Part shown: positions 16,192 through 25,827 of the stretch, in pieces
Layout of the letters: every line of letters starts with the position of its first letter
Position numbering within the stretch: position 1 is the first letter of the stretch
The notes under the pieces: generated by a model
Databases searched by the model: none
The model's input: only the letters and a program-made list of their open reading frames with translations
Told to the model about the DNA's origin: nothing
Virus record (IMG/VR): IMGVR_UViG_3300026178_000071
Origin: a virus
Reading direction: 5' to 3' (one strand)
Length of the DNA stretch: 58,682 bases
Program-made: the position numbers and the translations under genes

Positions 16192-19103
16192 ATGAAGTAC
16201 CCCCAAATGCGCAAGTAAATGCTCATGCTATCCGCTGCGCTGCAAACGCGCCGCATGTAGATGTCGCCGTTGGCGTCACACGGTACGAAGCCGTTCGTGT
16301 CCGCGTAGATGGTTGACGATATACACCTGACCGTGAGCGCGTAGTTGTAGGTGGCGCTTGGCCCGATAGCCGCGTAGTAGCTCGGCGTCCCCGCGCTGTC
16401 CTTGACGTGCAGGGAGGCCAAGATTGCCTTGATACCTGCCGGAGCGCCGAACACGGCGGATAGGTCGATCACCTGCGCCGGGTCTTGCGTTGAGAACGCG
16501 TCACCGTCATAGCTCGTGCTCGTCAGCGGGGTGGTCAGCGGCACGAAGATGTAGCCGTTATAGTAGGAGCCGCCTAGATTCTTCTGTAGCGCCCCGGATA
16601 TTTTGGTTTTTGGCGTGTTCAGTTGAATGTAGCCCGAAGCGTCTCCGTTGTTGCTACTTCTGACAGTCAGTTGTGACCAATCGCCTGTGCCAACGTTCTG
16701 GTATCCCTTGCCGGTCAGTACAATCGTTCCATTTTTCGTGCTATTGGTTCCGTACTTGGTCAGGCTAGCAAATAGGCCATCGCCGCCAATCTCGAAGTCA
16801 ACCCCTGACGCGCTTTCCCACTTGATGTAGTTCCATGAGTTTGACCCCGTTTCGATGCTGATGCCGCCAGCGTCCAGCGTGACCGCACCCGCACCCGCAT
16901 ATAGCTTGCCGTCAGTCTGTGCGCGCCACTGGTCTACACCATCGACCTGCCCGACTATCTCCGTGTCGTCAATCTGTATGCCGTCGAGCGTGCTGTCCTT
17001 GGTGCCCGTGCCGATCTTGAAGTAGCCGCCTGAATTGATCGTGACCGCGTGCGCCAGCGCATCACCGAGTAACCCTTGCGCGCCCTGCGGTCCCTGCGCG
17101 CCTTGTGGCCCCGTGGAACCCTGCGCACCTACGGCACCCTGCGCGCCTTGTGGCCCCGTGGAACCCTGCGCACCTACGGCACCCTGCGCACCAACGTTGC
17201 CTTGCGGCCCTTGCGCGCCCTGTAGACCCTGATTACCCTGCGGGCCAGGAGCACCTTGTACGCCCTGTTCGCCGGTCGCGCCCTGGCTTCCTTGTGGTCC
17301 GGTTGCGCCTTGCGCACCTGTTGCGCCTTGATACCCCTGCGGGCCAGTTGGTCCTTGCGCGCCTTGTTCGCCAGTTGCGCCTTGATTACCCTGGTGGCCC
17401 TGGGGACCTTGCGCTCCTGTCGCGCCCTGGTTGCCTTGTGGTCCGGTCGGCCCTTGCGCACCCGTCTCGCCCGTCGCGCCCTGACTACCTTGCGGACCTG
17501 TCGCGCCCTGCGCGCCTGTCGCGCCCTGATACCCTTGTGGCCCGGTCGGACCCTGCGCGCCGGTTGCGCCTGTTGCGCCCTGACTACCTTGCGGACCCGT
17601 CGCGCCCTGCGCACCCGTCTCGCCTTGATCGCCTTGGGGACCGGGAACACCCTGGGGACCGGTTGCGCCCTGGGAACCTTGCGCGCCAGTTGGACCTTGC
17701 GCACCCGTTTCACCTTGCGCACCTACAACACCCTGATTGCCTTGCGCTCCTTGTGGCCCTTGCACACCTTGCGGCCCGGTGTCGCCCTGCGGTCCTGTTG
17801 GCCCGGTGTCACCCTGCACACCTGCCGGACCCTGCACACCTGCCGGACCTTGTGCGCCAGTCGGACCCTGCGCGCCGGTTGCACCTTGACTACCCTGTGC
17901 GCCAGTTGCACCTTGCGCACCTGTTTCGCCTTGCGCTCCTTGTGCACCAGTCGGGCCTTGCGGACCCTGCGCGCCGGGCAAACCCATTTGGGCGAGCAGT
18001 TCCCAATAAATTTCCCAATACGTTCCGCTTCCTGGTTCGCGGTTTGGCGTTGAACTGTGTTCCAGTATGCAGATATAGCTTGACCCGTTATTGATAACGG
18101 CATCATCTACATGGTAAAAGACGCTTTCAACGCTCCACACGCCTTGCCAAGTTATGCCGTCCGGCCCAATCTCCCCGGTTGCGCCCTGGGGACCCTGCGC
18201 CCCTTCCACTCCTTGATTTCCCTGGTAGCCTTGCGCTCCCTCTACGCCCTGTGGCCCTTGTGCTCCGGCCTCACCTGCCGGACCTTGTGCGCCAGTTGCA
18301 CCTTGCGCACCCGTAGCGCCTTGGGAACCGGTTGCACCTTGGGAGCCGGTAGCACCCTGGGAACCTTGTGCGCCTTGTGCTCCGGCGTTTCCTTGTGGTC
18401 CCTGGCTTCCGGTCTCACCCTGCGGTCCGGTTGCGCCCTGTGCACCAGTGACACCCTGCGCGCCTTGTTGCCCCTGCGCGCCGGTCTCTCCCTGGTGGCC
18501 TTGGTGTCCCTGCGCCCCTTGTGGGCCTTGTGGGCCTGCCTCGCCCTGCTGTCCCTGCGGTCCCTGTGCGCCGGTCGCTCCCGTATCGCCCTGGTAGCCT
18601 TGTGCGCCTGCCTCGCCCTGGGGTCCTTGCGCTCCCGCGCTACCCTGTTGACCTTGCGCCCCTTGCGCACCCGTGGAGCCTTGGTAGCCCTGCGCGCCCT
18701 GGTAGCCCGGTTCACCCTGTGGACCCTGCGCACCGTCAATGCCTTGCGCTCCCTGCGCACCCTGCGGCCCCGTCGAACCTTGCGGGCCTTGCGCTCCCTG
18801 GTTGCCCGGTTCACCTTGCGGACCTTGCGCGCCGTCTGCGCCTTGCTGACCTTGATACCCTTGCGGCCCGGTTGAGCCTTGCGCCCCCTGGTAGCCTTGG
18901 TTGCCCTGTACGCCTTGCGGCCCCTGGAAGCCTATCGCTCCCTGGTAGCCTTGCGCGCCGGTGATGCCGGTCGCACCCTGCGCACCTTGCGCGCCGGTAG
19001 CGCCGGTAACGCCCTGCGGCCCCTGGTAGCCTTGCGGTCCCTGGGAGCCGGTTATCTCGTACCAGTCTGTGTCAGTCTCGTTACGTATGCGCAGCACGGG
19101 CAT
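16188..19103 (-). CDS. Collagen-like tail fibre (971 aa)
   Basis: Two uninterrupted G-X-Y tracts (aa 19-316 and 375-680), a 58-aa non-collagen insert, and a 291-aa C-terminal globular domain. Confidence 0.8.
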   Translation of the reverse strand: MPVLRIRNETDTDWYEITGSQGPQGYQGPQGVTGATGAQGAQGATGITGAQGYQGAIGFQGPQGVQGNQGYQGAQGSTGPQGYQGQQGADGAQGPQGEPGNQGAQGPQGSTGPQGAQGAQGIDGAQGPQGEPGYQGAQGYQGSTGAQGAQGQQGSAGAQGPQGEAGAQGYQGDTGATGAQGPQGQQGEAGPQGPQGAQGHQGHQGETGAQGQQGAQGVTGAQGATGPQGETGSQGPQGNAGAQGAQGSQGATGSQGATGSQGATGAQGATGAQGPAGEAGAQGPQGVEGAQGYQGNQGVEGAQGPQGATGEIGPDGITWQGVWSVESVFYHVDDAVINNGSSYICILEHSSTPNREPGSGTYWEIYWELLAQMGLPGAQGPQGPTGAQGAQGETGAQGATGAQGSQGATGAQGPTGAQGPAGVQGPAGVQGDTGPTGPQGDTGPQGVQGPQGAQGNQGVVGAQGETGAQGPTGAQGSQGATGPQGVPGPQGDQGETGAQGATGPQGSQGATGATGAQGPTGPQGYQGATGAQGATGPQGSQGATGETGAQGPTGPQGNQGATGAQGPQGHQGNQGATGEQGAQGPTGPQGYQGATGAQGATGPQGSQGATGEQGVQGAPGPQGNQGLQGAQGPQGNVGAQGAVGAQGSTGPQGAQGAVGAQGSTGPQGAQGPQGAQGLLGDALAHAVTINSGGYFKIGTGTKDSTLDGIQIDDTEIVGQVDGVDQWRAQTDGKLYAGAGAVTLDAGGISIETGSNSWNYIKWESASGVDFEIGGDGLFASLTKYGTNSTKNGTIVLTGKGYQNVGTGDWSQLTVRSSNNGDASGYIQLNTPKTKISGALQKNLGGSYYNGYIFVPLTTPLTSTSYDGDAFSTQDPAQVIDLSAVFGAPAGIKAILASLHVKDSAGTPSYYAAIGPSATYNYALTVRCISSTIYADTNGFVPCDANGDIYMRRVCSAADSMSIYLRIWGYFI
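17064..17981 (-). repeat. Collagen tract 2: about 100 G-X-Y triplets, with higher-order duplication
   Basis: Counted from the translation. The segment [27 protein letters not shown] occurs twice. Confidence 0.85.
17982..18155 (-). other. CBM5/12-like carbohydrate-binding insert between the collagen tracts
   Basis: [54 protein letters not shown] fits the W..Y..GD.V.YNG..Y.C...H.S......W pattern. Confidence 0.45.
18156..19049 (-). repeat. Collagen tract 1: about 100 G-X-Y triplets
   Basis: Counted from the translation (aa 19-316). Confidence 0.85.
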
Positions 19104-19114
19104 AGGCGGGCCTC

Positions 19115-20386
19115 CTAAATCAAGACCTCGCCCACGGGCCGGTCAGAATAGGGCGGTTTGAGCGCGATCAAATCGGCCTGCACGTAGGGCACGTTACTCT
19201 TGCGGTGTTCCTCGGAGGGGAACCACGTAATCACCCGGCTGTTCTGGAAGCGCCCGGTGTACCACGGCTGAATAAAGCGAGCCATGCGTGCGTCAGTGTA
19301 GTAGGCGAAGCTGTTCTCATTCCAGAACGAGACGTGCGTTGGGTCCTGCCATGCGCCCCGGCCATCGGTGGAAGGCACGTTGATGAAGGCCCAACCCCCA
19401 GGAGCCAGCACCCGATACAGTTCGTTCATGGTGTGAATGGGGTCCGGTAGGTGCTCGATGATGTCCGTAGCGTTGATGACGCCAACCGTGCTATCCTCGA
19501 ACGGCCAGCGTTCGCGTAGGTCGCATTGATGCTTTACGCCCGGTCGCATATCGACCGTCTCGAAGTCCGGCCACGCGTTGTACGCGCCGCCCAGGTCCAG
19601 CTTCAGCAAGCCGTTATCGTTCGCCCACCGTATCGCCAGCGCGCGGGAGTACTTGACGTAGTTGGCTTCGGTCTGCTTCTGTACGGCGTCGTTGTAGACC
19701 CGGCAGGAGTTGTTGTCGTGCACCCGGTAGAGGTACAGACACTCGTCTATGTGCCTGAGTCCCTTGGCCCCGTAGCGGAGGTAGAACCGAATCGCAAGAT
19801 CATGGTCATCGCCCGTTGCCAGCGCCGGGTCATGCCCGCCCACTTCCTTGTACGCGGCGGTGCGCCATGCTCGAACGTGGTCGGGACACCAGAAGATTTG
19901 CCGCATCATGTGCGGGGAGGGTTCCCAGGCGACCATCTCCTTGAGCGCGTGGCCCTGCCAGAAGAAGTCGCGCGACTTCCAACCCCAATACGACGAGTAG
20001 GCCCGCGACTCCCAAGTACCGTCCGTAAACTCGCAATCGTTGGAGTAGACCATTGCGGTCGCCGGGTTCTCGAACGCTTCCGCGATCTTGCGCAGGGACC
20101 ACGGTAACAGCAAGTCGTCAGCGTCAAGCTCGATGAGTACATCTCCGTCTGCCTGCTCGCAAGCAAACCGTTTCAGTCGCCCGATGGAGTTGACCGGCCC
20201 TTCGTCGTCGTGGGTCGGCACGATCTTGACGCGCGGTGCGGCGGCGATCTGCTCAGGTATCTCGCCGCCCCGGTTGGGCACAAGCACCCATTGCCAATCG
20301 GTGTAGTCGTTGGACAGGAGACTCTTGTACGTCTCCAATAGGTACGGTGCTGAGGTCTTGTGAACCGGACTGATGATAGATAGCAA
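19115..20386 (-). CDS. Fusion of a family-2 (GT-A) glycosyltransferase and a class I SAM-methyltransferase-like domain
   Basis: The N-terminal part has LSIISPVH..., DWQWVLVPN and the DxD box ELDADDLL. The C-terminal part has [10 protein letters not shown]...[47 protein letters not shown] start 6 nt after AGGAG. Confidence 0.65.
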   Translation of the reverse strand: MLSIISPVHKTSAPYLLETYKSLLSNDYTDWQWVLVPNRGGEIPEQIAAAPRVKIVPTHDDEGPVNSIGRLKRFACEQADGDVLIELDADDLLLPWSLRKIAEAFENPATAMVYSNDCEFTDGTWESRAYSSYWGWKSRDFFWQGHALKEMVAWEPSPHMMRQIFWCPDHVRAWRTAAYKEVGGHDPALATGDDHDLAIRFYLRYGAKGLRHIDECLYLYRVHDNNSCRVYNDAVQKQTEANYVKYSRALAIRWANDNGLLKLDLGGAYNAWPDFETVDMRPGVKHQCDLRERWPFEDSTVGVINATDIIEHLPDPIHTMNELYRVLAPGGWAFINVPSTDGRGAWQDPTHVSFWNENSFAYYTDARMARFIQPWYTGRFQNSRVITWFPSEEHRKSNVPYVQADLIALKPPYSDRPVGEVLI

Positions 20387-20387
20387 C

Positions 20388-20612
20388 TTATACTCCTGTG
20401 TCTAGCCAGAACTGACCCGCATAGGTGGGGGTCGGTGCGGTTGCGCCGATGAAGCAGGCAAAGGTATCGAGCACCGCGCCCGCACCCTCGACCACTTCCT
20501 TGACCGTGGCGTACTTGGCCGTTGCGCCCCCCTGGTCGATCACCAACATGTCGGTTGGACTCACGCTGGTAGCATGAGCCAACTCACGGATACGCTTGTC
20601 GTTGCGGCCCAT
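20388..20612 (-). CDS. Small virion-associated protein, fibre N-terminus-like (74 aa)
   Basis: IRELAHATSVSPTDMLVIDQGGATAKYATVKEVVEG resembles conserved N-termini of tail fibre or spike proteins. Confidence 0.35.
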   Translation of the reverse strand: MGRNDKRIRELAHATSVSPTDMLVIDQGGATAKYATVKEVVEGAGAVLDTFACFIGATAPTPTYAGQFWLDTGV

Positions 20613-20621
20613 TGCGCACCC

Positions 20622-21500
20622 CTAGTCGTTCAGCAGGTAGGCGTCTGCGTCAATCGCCAACCGTTTCAGGATTTGATCGAAGCGGCGCTGTCCGCCGTAC
20701 TTGTCCCAATCCAGGGACTTCGCCTTCTTGGAGGTGCGCTGTAGCTTGCGTTCCTCCTGCATCAGCTTCTCCGACCAGTACCGCAACTGCGTGCCGTACC
20801 AGTCCCGGTCAGTCGTGTTGTTGATCTTGTTCTCGATCAGCCACACGATAGCCCTGGCCCGTACCAGCGCCAGCGGCAGCGTCAGCAGGTCGCCGTCCCC
20901 GATGGGGTGTTCGGCAGCGTAGTAAGCCAGCCACAGCGCATCGTCCTCGTTGAGCGTGTAGGGCATACGGAACGTCAACTCGCCCTCGGCGTCCTCGAAC
21001 TGCCAGCCGTGGACCTCCACGGGCAGCGTCTCAACGTCAGAGTGACGGCGCAGCCACACGCCAATGATTTGCGACCGGCGCAGCAACAGCGTGGCGTCAG
21101 AGATGTAGTAGTCCAGGCTGGCCGCTTTGGGTGTCAGACTGGTGATGACCTCGTACCCGGCGCATACACTGTCCAGCGCGGCGTCTATGTCAGCCTTGGA
21201 GACACGGGTAAACAGTTGATAGGTGTCACCCGCACCAACTGCGGCGGTGAGGGCAGGCGACAGGGTAAGCGTCCCGGTGGCGGAGTCGAAGTCTGTTACC
21301 CAGGCGTCCTCACCTTCAGGCACGGCGCTGCCCGCCGACTTGATGTAGGCGTTCATGCCGTTGAAGTGGTCGTCAGGGAAGCGGACTAGCTTCGCGTCAA
21401 CGATGGTCGTCGTTGACCCGCCCGTGGCCGTGCTCGTGTGCAAGCCCAAGGCTGCGGCGATCTGTTCCCGGTAGGCTGCTTTGGTGAACCCTGCCGCCAT
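20622..21500 (-). CDS. Virion structural protein (292 aa), unassigned
   Basis: ATG 21500 (MAAGFTKAAY) follows AGGAGG. The call rests on its position in the late block. Confidence 0.4.
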   Translation of the reverse strand: MAAGFTKAAYREQIAAALGLHTSTATGGSTTTIVDAKLVRFPDDHFNGMNAYIKSAGSAVPEGEDAWVTDFDSATGTLTLSPALTAAVGAGDTYQLFTRVSKADIDAALDSVCAGYEVITSLTPKAASLDYYISDATLLLRRSQIIGVWLRRHSDVETLPVEVHGWQFEDAEGELTFRMPYTLNEDDALWLAYYAAEHPIGDGDLLTLPLALVRARAIVWLIENKINNTTDRDWYGTQLRYWSEKLMQEERKLQRTSKKAKSLDWDKYGGQRRFDQILKRLAIDADAYLLND

Positions 21501-21511
21501 TGTTACGCCTC

Positions 21512-23173
21512 CTAATATCTGAACGCCCGCACGTTGCCCCACTCACCGTCAACGCAGTACAGCACCCATACGTCATCACGGTCGGGGTCACGGAACCGTT
21601 GGGCGATGTACTTCACGCCCTCGACCGTGAGCGGAAACTCGTTGCTCGTCGGCCACAAGCCGCGGGCCTTGCCTGCCTTGCAAAGCGCCGCCTTGGGGTT
21701 GATCTGCAACACGTCCGCCGCTTCCGCTGCGGTGTACAGCGCCCCTTCCAACAGGCCTTTATCGCTGCCGAACAGCACGGCGTAGAGGTTATCGCCGGGG
21801 CAAGCGGTCTCGCTTACGTCCCGGTGGCCCTGCATGTCCAGCGTTCGGCCCAGGTACTTTTCCAGCGTGGACCTCAACAGGGCGAGCGCGTTGAGCGCGG
21901 CGGTTGTCGGCAGGTCGGTCATGTAGTTGCCCATGAAGCTGATGCCGATGGAGTCCGTGTTCGCCGGTCCTGCGTGGTAGCGCCGGGTGTTCACGTCGCC
22001 CAGATAGCGCACGCTGCCGTCCGGCATGATACCGAAGTGGTAGCCCACTCCCGGCCAGCCGTTATGCTCGACGTGGTAACGGGCGACGTTCTCCCAGGTC
22101 GATACCACGGTGGCCGTGTGATGGACGATGATACGCTTGATGACCGACTCTGACCGCACGATGTATTTATCGGTCGGGTGGGTCGGGAGACCGTTGCGGA
22201 AGTCTGCATACTGACCGCCAAACGCAGCTTGTAAGCGCGCGTTGAGGTTGCCGGTCGGCCCGGTCACGGTGAAGGTGCCGGGTTGCGGGAGTCCGTGTGC
22301 GGCGATGCGGTCGAAGAACGGTTGCAGGAAAACTTCCGTCCTGATCTCGAACCGGCCCCAATCGTCCCGGTTGCCGTCATAGGTGTAGGGGAATAACGCC
22401 TTGGTCCGGCCATCTTCCCGCAACAGGTCGGCGTACTGCCACAACTCGTTGAGGTAGCGGTTGGCCTTGTCGTTCATGCTGCCGTCAGGCAGGTCGTACC
22501 AACCCTGCTTGACGTGTCCGGCCCCCAGGACGCCCCCATCAATGCCGCACTCGGTCATCATCATGGGCACGCGGTAAGGGCACTTGAGCGCACGTCCGGC
22601 CCACCAACCCCAATTCTGTAGCGGTCCCTCGAAGCCCCAATACTCATGTAGGCCCAGGTAGTCCCCGTTGCCGAACAGGTTGATAACCGGCTTGAACCAG
22701 TCCCACACGGGCGGGGTGTCCGTGCCGGTGTTTCCCGGCCAGCCTACGCCCAGGTTGCAGACAACACCCCACAGTCCCGCCTTGTGCAAACCGGCGAGCC
22801 GTGCAGCTTCGAGACGGGCGAGACCGTCATAGCCGTGCTGCCATACGGGGAACTCGTTCGGCCCCTCGAACAGCAGCCGGGAGCGGGAGACGCCCTTCGA
22901 CTCGCAGTAAGCCGCCACTTCGACGGCGTTCTGTACGTAGGCTTGCGCAGCCTGTTCCGGCGTGACGGTGCCGAACCCCCCGTGAAACTGCTCGGACAGG
23001 GGGTAGTTGCGCCATACGATCTTGGCATCAGCAGGAATATCTTCCAGGTAGGGCACTTGCGACCCGTCCCATACGATCTTCACGAACGGAGGACGCCAGC
23101 GCGCGAACACGTCCTTGTCGCTCCACGGGCCGATAGTGCCACGATGAATACATATCCAATGCGGACTAATCAT
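21512..23173 (-). CDS. Two-domain lysin: TIM-barrel glycoside-hydrolase-like N-terminus plus N-acetylmuramoyl-L-alanine amidase (amidase_2/PGRP)
   Basis: The GH clan-A-like signature is LFEGPNEFP plus MMTECGIDGG. The amidase signature is IIVHHTA...GWPGVGYHFGI..DG...HAG..N..SIGISF.G...GHRDVSETACPG. Confidence 0.75.
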   Translation of the reverse strand: MISPHWICIHRGTIGPWSDKDVFARWRPPFVKIVWDGSQVPYLEDIPADAKIVWRNYPLSEQFHGGFGTVTPEQAAQAYVQNAVEVAAYCESKGVSRSRLLFEGPNEFPVWQHGYDGLARLEAARLAGLHKAGLWGVVCNLGVGWPGNTGTDTPPVWDWFKPVINLFGNGDYLGLHEYWGFEGPLQNWGWWAGRALKCPYRVPMMMTECGIDGGVLGAGHVKQGWYDLPDGSMNDKANRYLNELWQYADLLREDGRTKALFPYTYDGNRDDWGRFEIRTEVFLQPFFDRIAAHGLPQPGTFTVTGPTGNLNARLQAAFGGQYADFRNGLPTHPTDKYIVRSESVIKRIIVHHTATVVSTWENVARYHVEHNGWPGVGYHFGIMPDGSVRYLGDVNTRRYHAGPANTDSIGISFMGNYMTDLPTTAALNALALLRSTLEKYLGRTLDMQGHRDVSETACPGDNLYAVLFGSDKGLLEGALYTAAEAADVLQINPKAALCKAGKARGLWPTSNEFPLTVEGVKYIAQRFRDPDRDDVWVLYCVDGEWGNVRAFRY

Positions 23174-23658
23174 TACACTCCCCCCTTCATGCGCAGATAC
23201 CTCGCCCGGTCGTATTCTCGCTTCTGTTCGCGGTGAGCGGGTCCGTACTCTGTCACCATGTACCGAAGATTGCGCTCGTTTTTACAAGTCCTGCAATGCC
23301 ATCTACCCCCATAGGTCAGCACGTTGTCAGGTGTCAATGGGTGGCCGCGCTTGCAGACTCCCGTGCGAGCGATGACTACGCTTGGTGAGTTACCCCGGCG
23401 CATGTTGGTTTCCGAATCAACAGCTTCCAGGTGATCTGGCCGAACGCACTTTCGATTACGGCACAAGTGGTCAATCTGTAGGCCAGGAGGAACGGCCCCG
23501 TTGTGATACTCATAGCTCCACCGATGTGCGCCGACATTCCTGCCTTGCCACCAGAAAGAACCATACCCCCAAGAGTCTTTACCGGCTGTCCATTCCCAAC
23601 AGCCGTCCGTCTTGTTCACCTTGGCGAAGAAGCGTTCTACGTCATTGTCAGAGAACAT
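23173..23658 (-). CDS. HNH homing-type endonuclease
   Basis: GCWEWTAGKDSWGYG, AHRWSYEYHNGAVPPGLQIDHLCRNRKCVRPDHLEAV and a CKRGH..CRTC ribbon. I prefer ATG 23658. Confidence 0.8.
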   Translation of the reverse strand: MFSDNDVERFFAKVNKTDGCWEWTAGKDSWGYGSFWWQGRNVGAHRWSYEYHNGAVPPGLQIDHLCRNRKCVRPDHLEAVDSETNMRRGNSPSVVIARTGVCKRGHPLTPDNVLTYGGRWHCRTCKNERNLRYMVTEYGPAHREQKREYDRARYLRMKGGV

Positions 23659-23780
23659 CAGCACTTCCCCTTGCCGGGCTTCTTACCCTTCTTCGCCGGA
23701 CGCTTGGGGGCGGGCTTGTCCTCGTCCATGTCCTTCTTCAACCAGGGAGGCAGGTTCTTCGTCTTGGGCTTGGTTGCCAT
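23658..23780 (-). CDS. Small Lys-rich ORF (40 aa)
   Basis: Not in the ORF track. MATKPKTKNLPPWLKKDMDEDKPAPKRPAKKGKKPGKGKC. An AAGGAG SD lies 9 nt upstream, and its stop overlaps the HNH ATG by 1 nt. Confidence 0.35.
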   Translation of the reverse strand: MATKPKTKNLPPWLKKDMDEDKPAPKRPAKKGKKPGKGKC

Positions 23781-23792
23781 GTGTCATACTCC

Positions 23793-24233
23793 TTATGAGT
23801 TGGTCGATTTGAACAGGTGATACCACTTGTTGCCGAAGCATTGCCACCCGATCATGTCGTACTGTCCGATGGTCGCGGCGTTGCCGTCCGTGGTGTAGAT
23901 GTTGGTGTCTGAGATGGTGATGGTCTGGTTATCGTCGCCGCGCAAGTACAGCAGTTGCCCATCGGCACAGTCTCCGCCAAGCGTCAGCGCGACCGCCCCG
24001 GCAGCACTCAGGTTATAGAAGCTGTGCGTTGGCGTGATAATCATGTTGTTCGTGACCGTCACAGCGGTCGATGACAGCACCAGCTTTTCAGCCGTAACGG
24101 TGTCGCCGGTCAGGGCTACACCCGTGATGCCGCCCGATGCGCGGGATGGCATGTCCACGTTCGGAGTGATGCACGCAGCCAGCAGCACGACGAGCAGCAG
24201 GGCCACGGCTGCGAAGATTGCGATACGTTTCAT
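23793..24233 (-). CDS. Lipoprotein (146 aa) inside the structural block
   Basis: MKRIAIFAAVALLLVVLLAAC|ITPNV has a classical lipobox LAAC followed by hydrophilic sequence. Confidence 0.6.
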   Translation of the reverse strand: MKRIAIFAAVALLLVVLLAACITPNVDMPSRASGGITGVALTGDTVTAEKLVLSSTAVTVTNNMIITPTHSFYNLSAAGAVALTLGGDCADGQLLYLRGDDNQTITISDTNIYTTDGNAATIGQYDMIGWQCFGNKWYHLFKSTNS

Positions 24234-24242
24234 GGTTCCTCC

Positions 24243-24527
24243 TTACTCTGCCGTGGCAACAACGTCGCCAGCGGTCAGCGTGCCGGTGATGGTGAGGTTG
24301 CCCGTGACGGTCGAACCCGCTGCGGCCAACTGCGCCCAATCCGCTGCGGCCCGGTTGTTGGCCGTCTTGACGTAGAGCACACTGTTATGCACGTCCCAAT
24401 ACAGGGACATGAGCGGCGCTTCAAGGAACCGCTCGCCCGTGTCCGGTGCGGCATCGCCATAGAACATGACCGGCGCAAGGTTGCCGCCAGGGTCGAAGTT
24501 GCTCTCAGAACCGTTAGTGACTCGCAT
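24243..24527 (-). CDS. Hypothetical virion protein (94 aa)
   Basis: ATG 24527 (MRVTNGSESNF) follows AAGGAG. Confidence 0.4.
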   Translation of the reverse strand: MRVTNGSESNFDPGGNLAPVMFYGDAAPDTGERFLEAPLMSLYWDVHNSVLYVKTANNRAAADWAQLAAAGSTVTGNLTITGTLTAGDVVATAE

Positions 24528-24532
24528 GTGCG

Positions 24533-25309
24533 TTACTCCTTGAAATGCCCGTGCCGCGGGGCCACGGTGAGAATGTTGGCCGTGTACGGCTTGCCAACGA
24601 ACTCGGTCTTGACGTGAGTTGCCCAGGCGTCCCAATCGACATAACCGATAGTGAGACCGTGCTTGGCAAAGAGCAGGGCAACGTTACGGGTGAATACCAT
24701 GTCCTCGGTGCTGGCCTTCGCCGTGTTGTACTCGTCGGTGTACTCGTAGTAGAACCAGGGGGGCGGCAGCTTGACGACTTCGCCACCGACTTCAAAGCCG
24801 GTGAACACCCGCATGTCAATCGCCATGAGGCCCGTACCCTGCAACGAACACTCCTGAATCCCGCTCATTGCTACAGCTTCCTCACGGGTGTAAAGGTCGG
24901 TCGAAATCTCAAACCCGTCTTTGTTCGTGCGCCAGCGTCCCATAATGGGCAGGTGATCGGGGCCAGCGGTGCAGTAGGGTGCGCTGATGATGGTCGGGGA
25001 CTCATGCCAGCGCGACTTGATGAACTCGAAAGCGTGCGGTAGGAACGGGTGAGACCTGTCTATGTCGGGGGCCATGTCGGAATCGACCATGATGAGAATG
25101 TCGGCCCCGGTGTTAATCGCTACCTTGACGGCCAGATTGCGGCCCATCGTGATCGGCGTGTCGTTGACGTGCCACATCTTCAAACCCCCGTCTATGTCGG
25201 GGTTCTTGTCGGCCCACAATGCGGCGGAAGCGCACCAGTCAACCAACTCCGTGCGTTCCGTGCCTCCATACGGGAAGCGGGCCAGCATGACCTTGTACTT
25301 CTGAATCAA
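24533..25309 (-). CDS. GT-A-fold glycosyltransferase-like protein
   Basis: TGADILIMVDSDMAPD (DxD box) and LQGTGLMAIDMRVF. TTG start at 25309, or ATG at 25288. Confidence 0.5.
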   Translation of the reverse strand: MIQKYKVMLARFPYGGTERTELVDWCASAALWADKNPDIDGGLKMWHVNDTPITMGRNLAVKVAINTGADILIMVDSDMAPDIDRSHPFLPHAFEFIKSRWHESPTIISAPYCTAGPDHLPIMGRWRTNKDGFEISTDLYTREEAVAMSGIQECSLQGTGLMAIDMRVFTGFEVGGEVVKLPPPWFYYEYTDEYNTAKASTEDMVFTRNVALLFAKHGLTIGYVDWDAWATHVKTEFVGKPYTANILTVAPRHGHFKE

Positions 25310-25396
25310 GACTCCCTCCCCTTGAACTAGGGGCGGACGCGCGGCCCGCCCCTGATTGTTGTCACCAGCCGCAGTAGTTCATGCTCGAAGCCGGAA

Positions 25397-25777
25397 CTAC
25401 CAAGTCGAAGGTTCGATCGCGATTTCGCACAGCGCGGCGTTTGTGACCGCGTTTGTGGTGAGGGTCCAGGTAGCTTTGAGCAGGTCGCCCGCAGTAACCT
25501 TCAAGTCCTGCTCGTTTGCTGACAGGTCCACCAGTTCGGACGTGGCGTTTGCAAGGTCGGCCTGCAAGTCCACGTTGGTTGCCGACAAGATGTTCACCGA
25601 GCCTTTGGCGAGCGCCAGGGTCCCACCGCCGGTCGTCAGCTTGGTGTTGATAGCAACGCGTGCCTGCTTGATGACGCCATTGCACGGCGCGGCCTTGATA
25701 ACGATCTCGCTCTGATTGGCGACCGCCATATCAGGACTGAGGTCAACGTACTTCCATGAGCCTTTCGGAGTAGGCAT
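25397..25777 (-). CDS. Head decoration-like protein (126 aa)
   Basis: The call rests on its position immediately after the major capsid gene and on its small, beta-rich sequence; no motif was recognised. Confidence 0.35.
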   Translation of the reverse strand: MPTPKGSWKYVDLSPDMAVANQSEIVIKAAPCNGVIKQARVAINTKLTTGGGTLALAKGSVNILSATNVDLQADLANATSELVDLSANEQDLKVTAGDLLKATWTLTTNAVTNAALCEIAIEPSTW

Positions 25778-25796
25778 GATCTTGTTCCTTTCATAG

Positions 25797-25821
25797 CGGG
25801 GCGAGCACTAGGCCCGCCCCG
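25797..25821 (-). terminator. GC hairpin 6 nt after the major capsid stop (cggggcg/cgccccg)
   Basis: Read directly. It is a possible attenuator setting the capsid:downstream expression ratio; no U-tract. Confidence 0.3.
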
Positions 25822-25827
25822 TCAAGC

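Noticed and set aside
17064-19049. Highly periodic repeat DNA that could be mistaken for a CRISPR or other non-coding array
   Set aside because: The period is 9 nt and there is no repeat-spacer structure. The region is a continuous coding tract for G-X-Y triplets.
16648-19118. Many long ORFs on both strands inside the collagen-like gene (for example 17105..18094, 17256..18053, 18111..18875, 17174..17722, 18242..18814)
   Set aside because: They are by-products of the 9-nt G-X-Y periodicity, which keeps all frames open. Their products are Arg/Leu/Pro/Ala low-complexity strings without starts coupled to neighbours.
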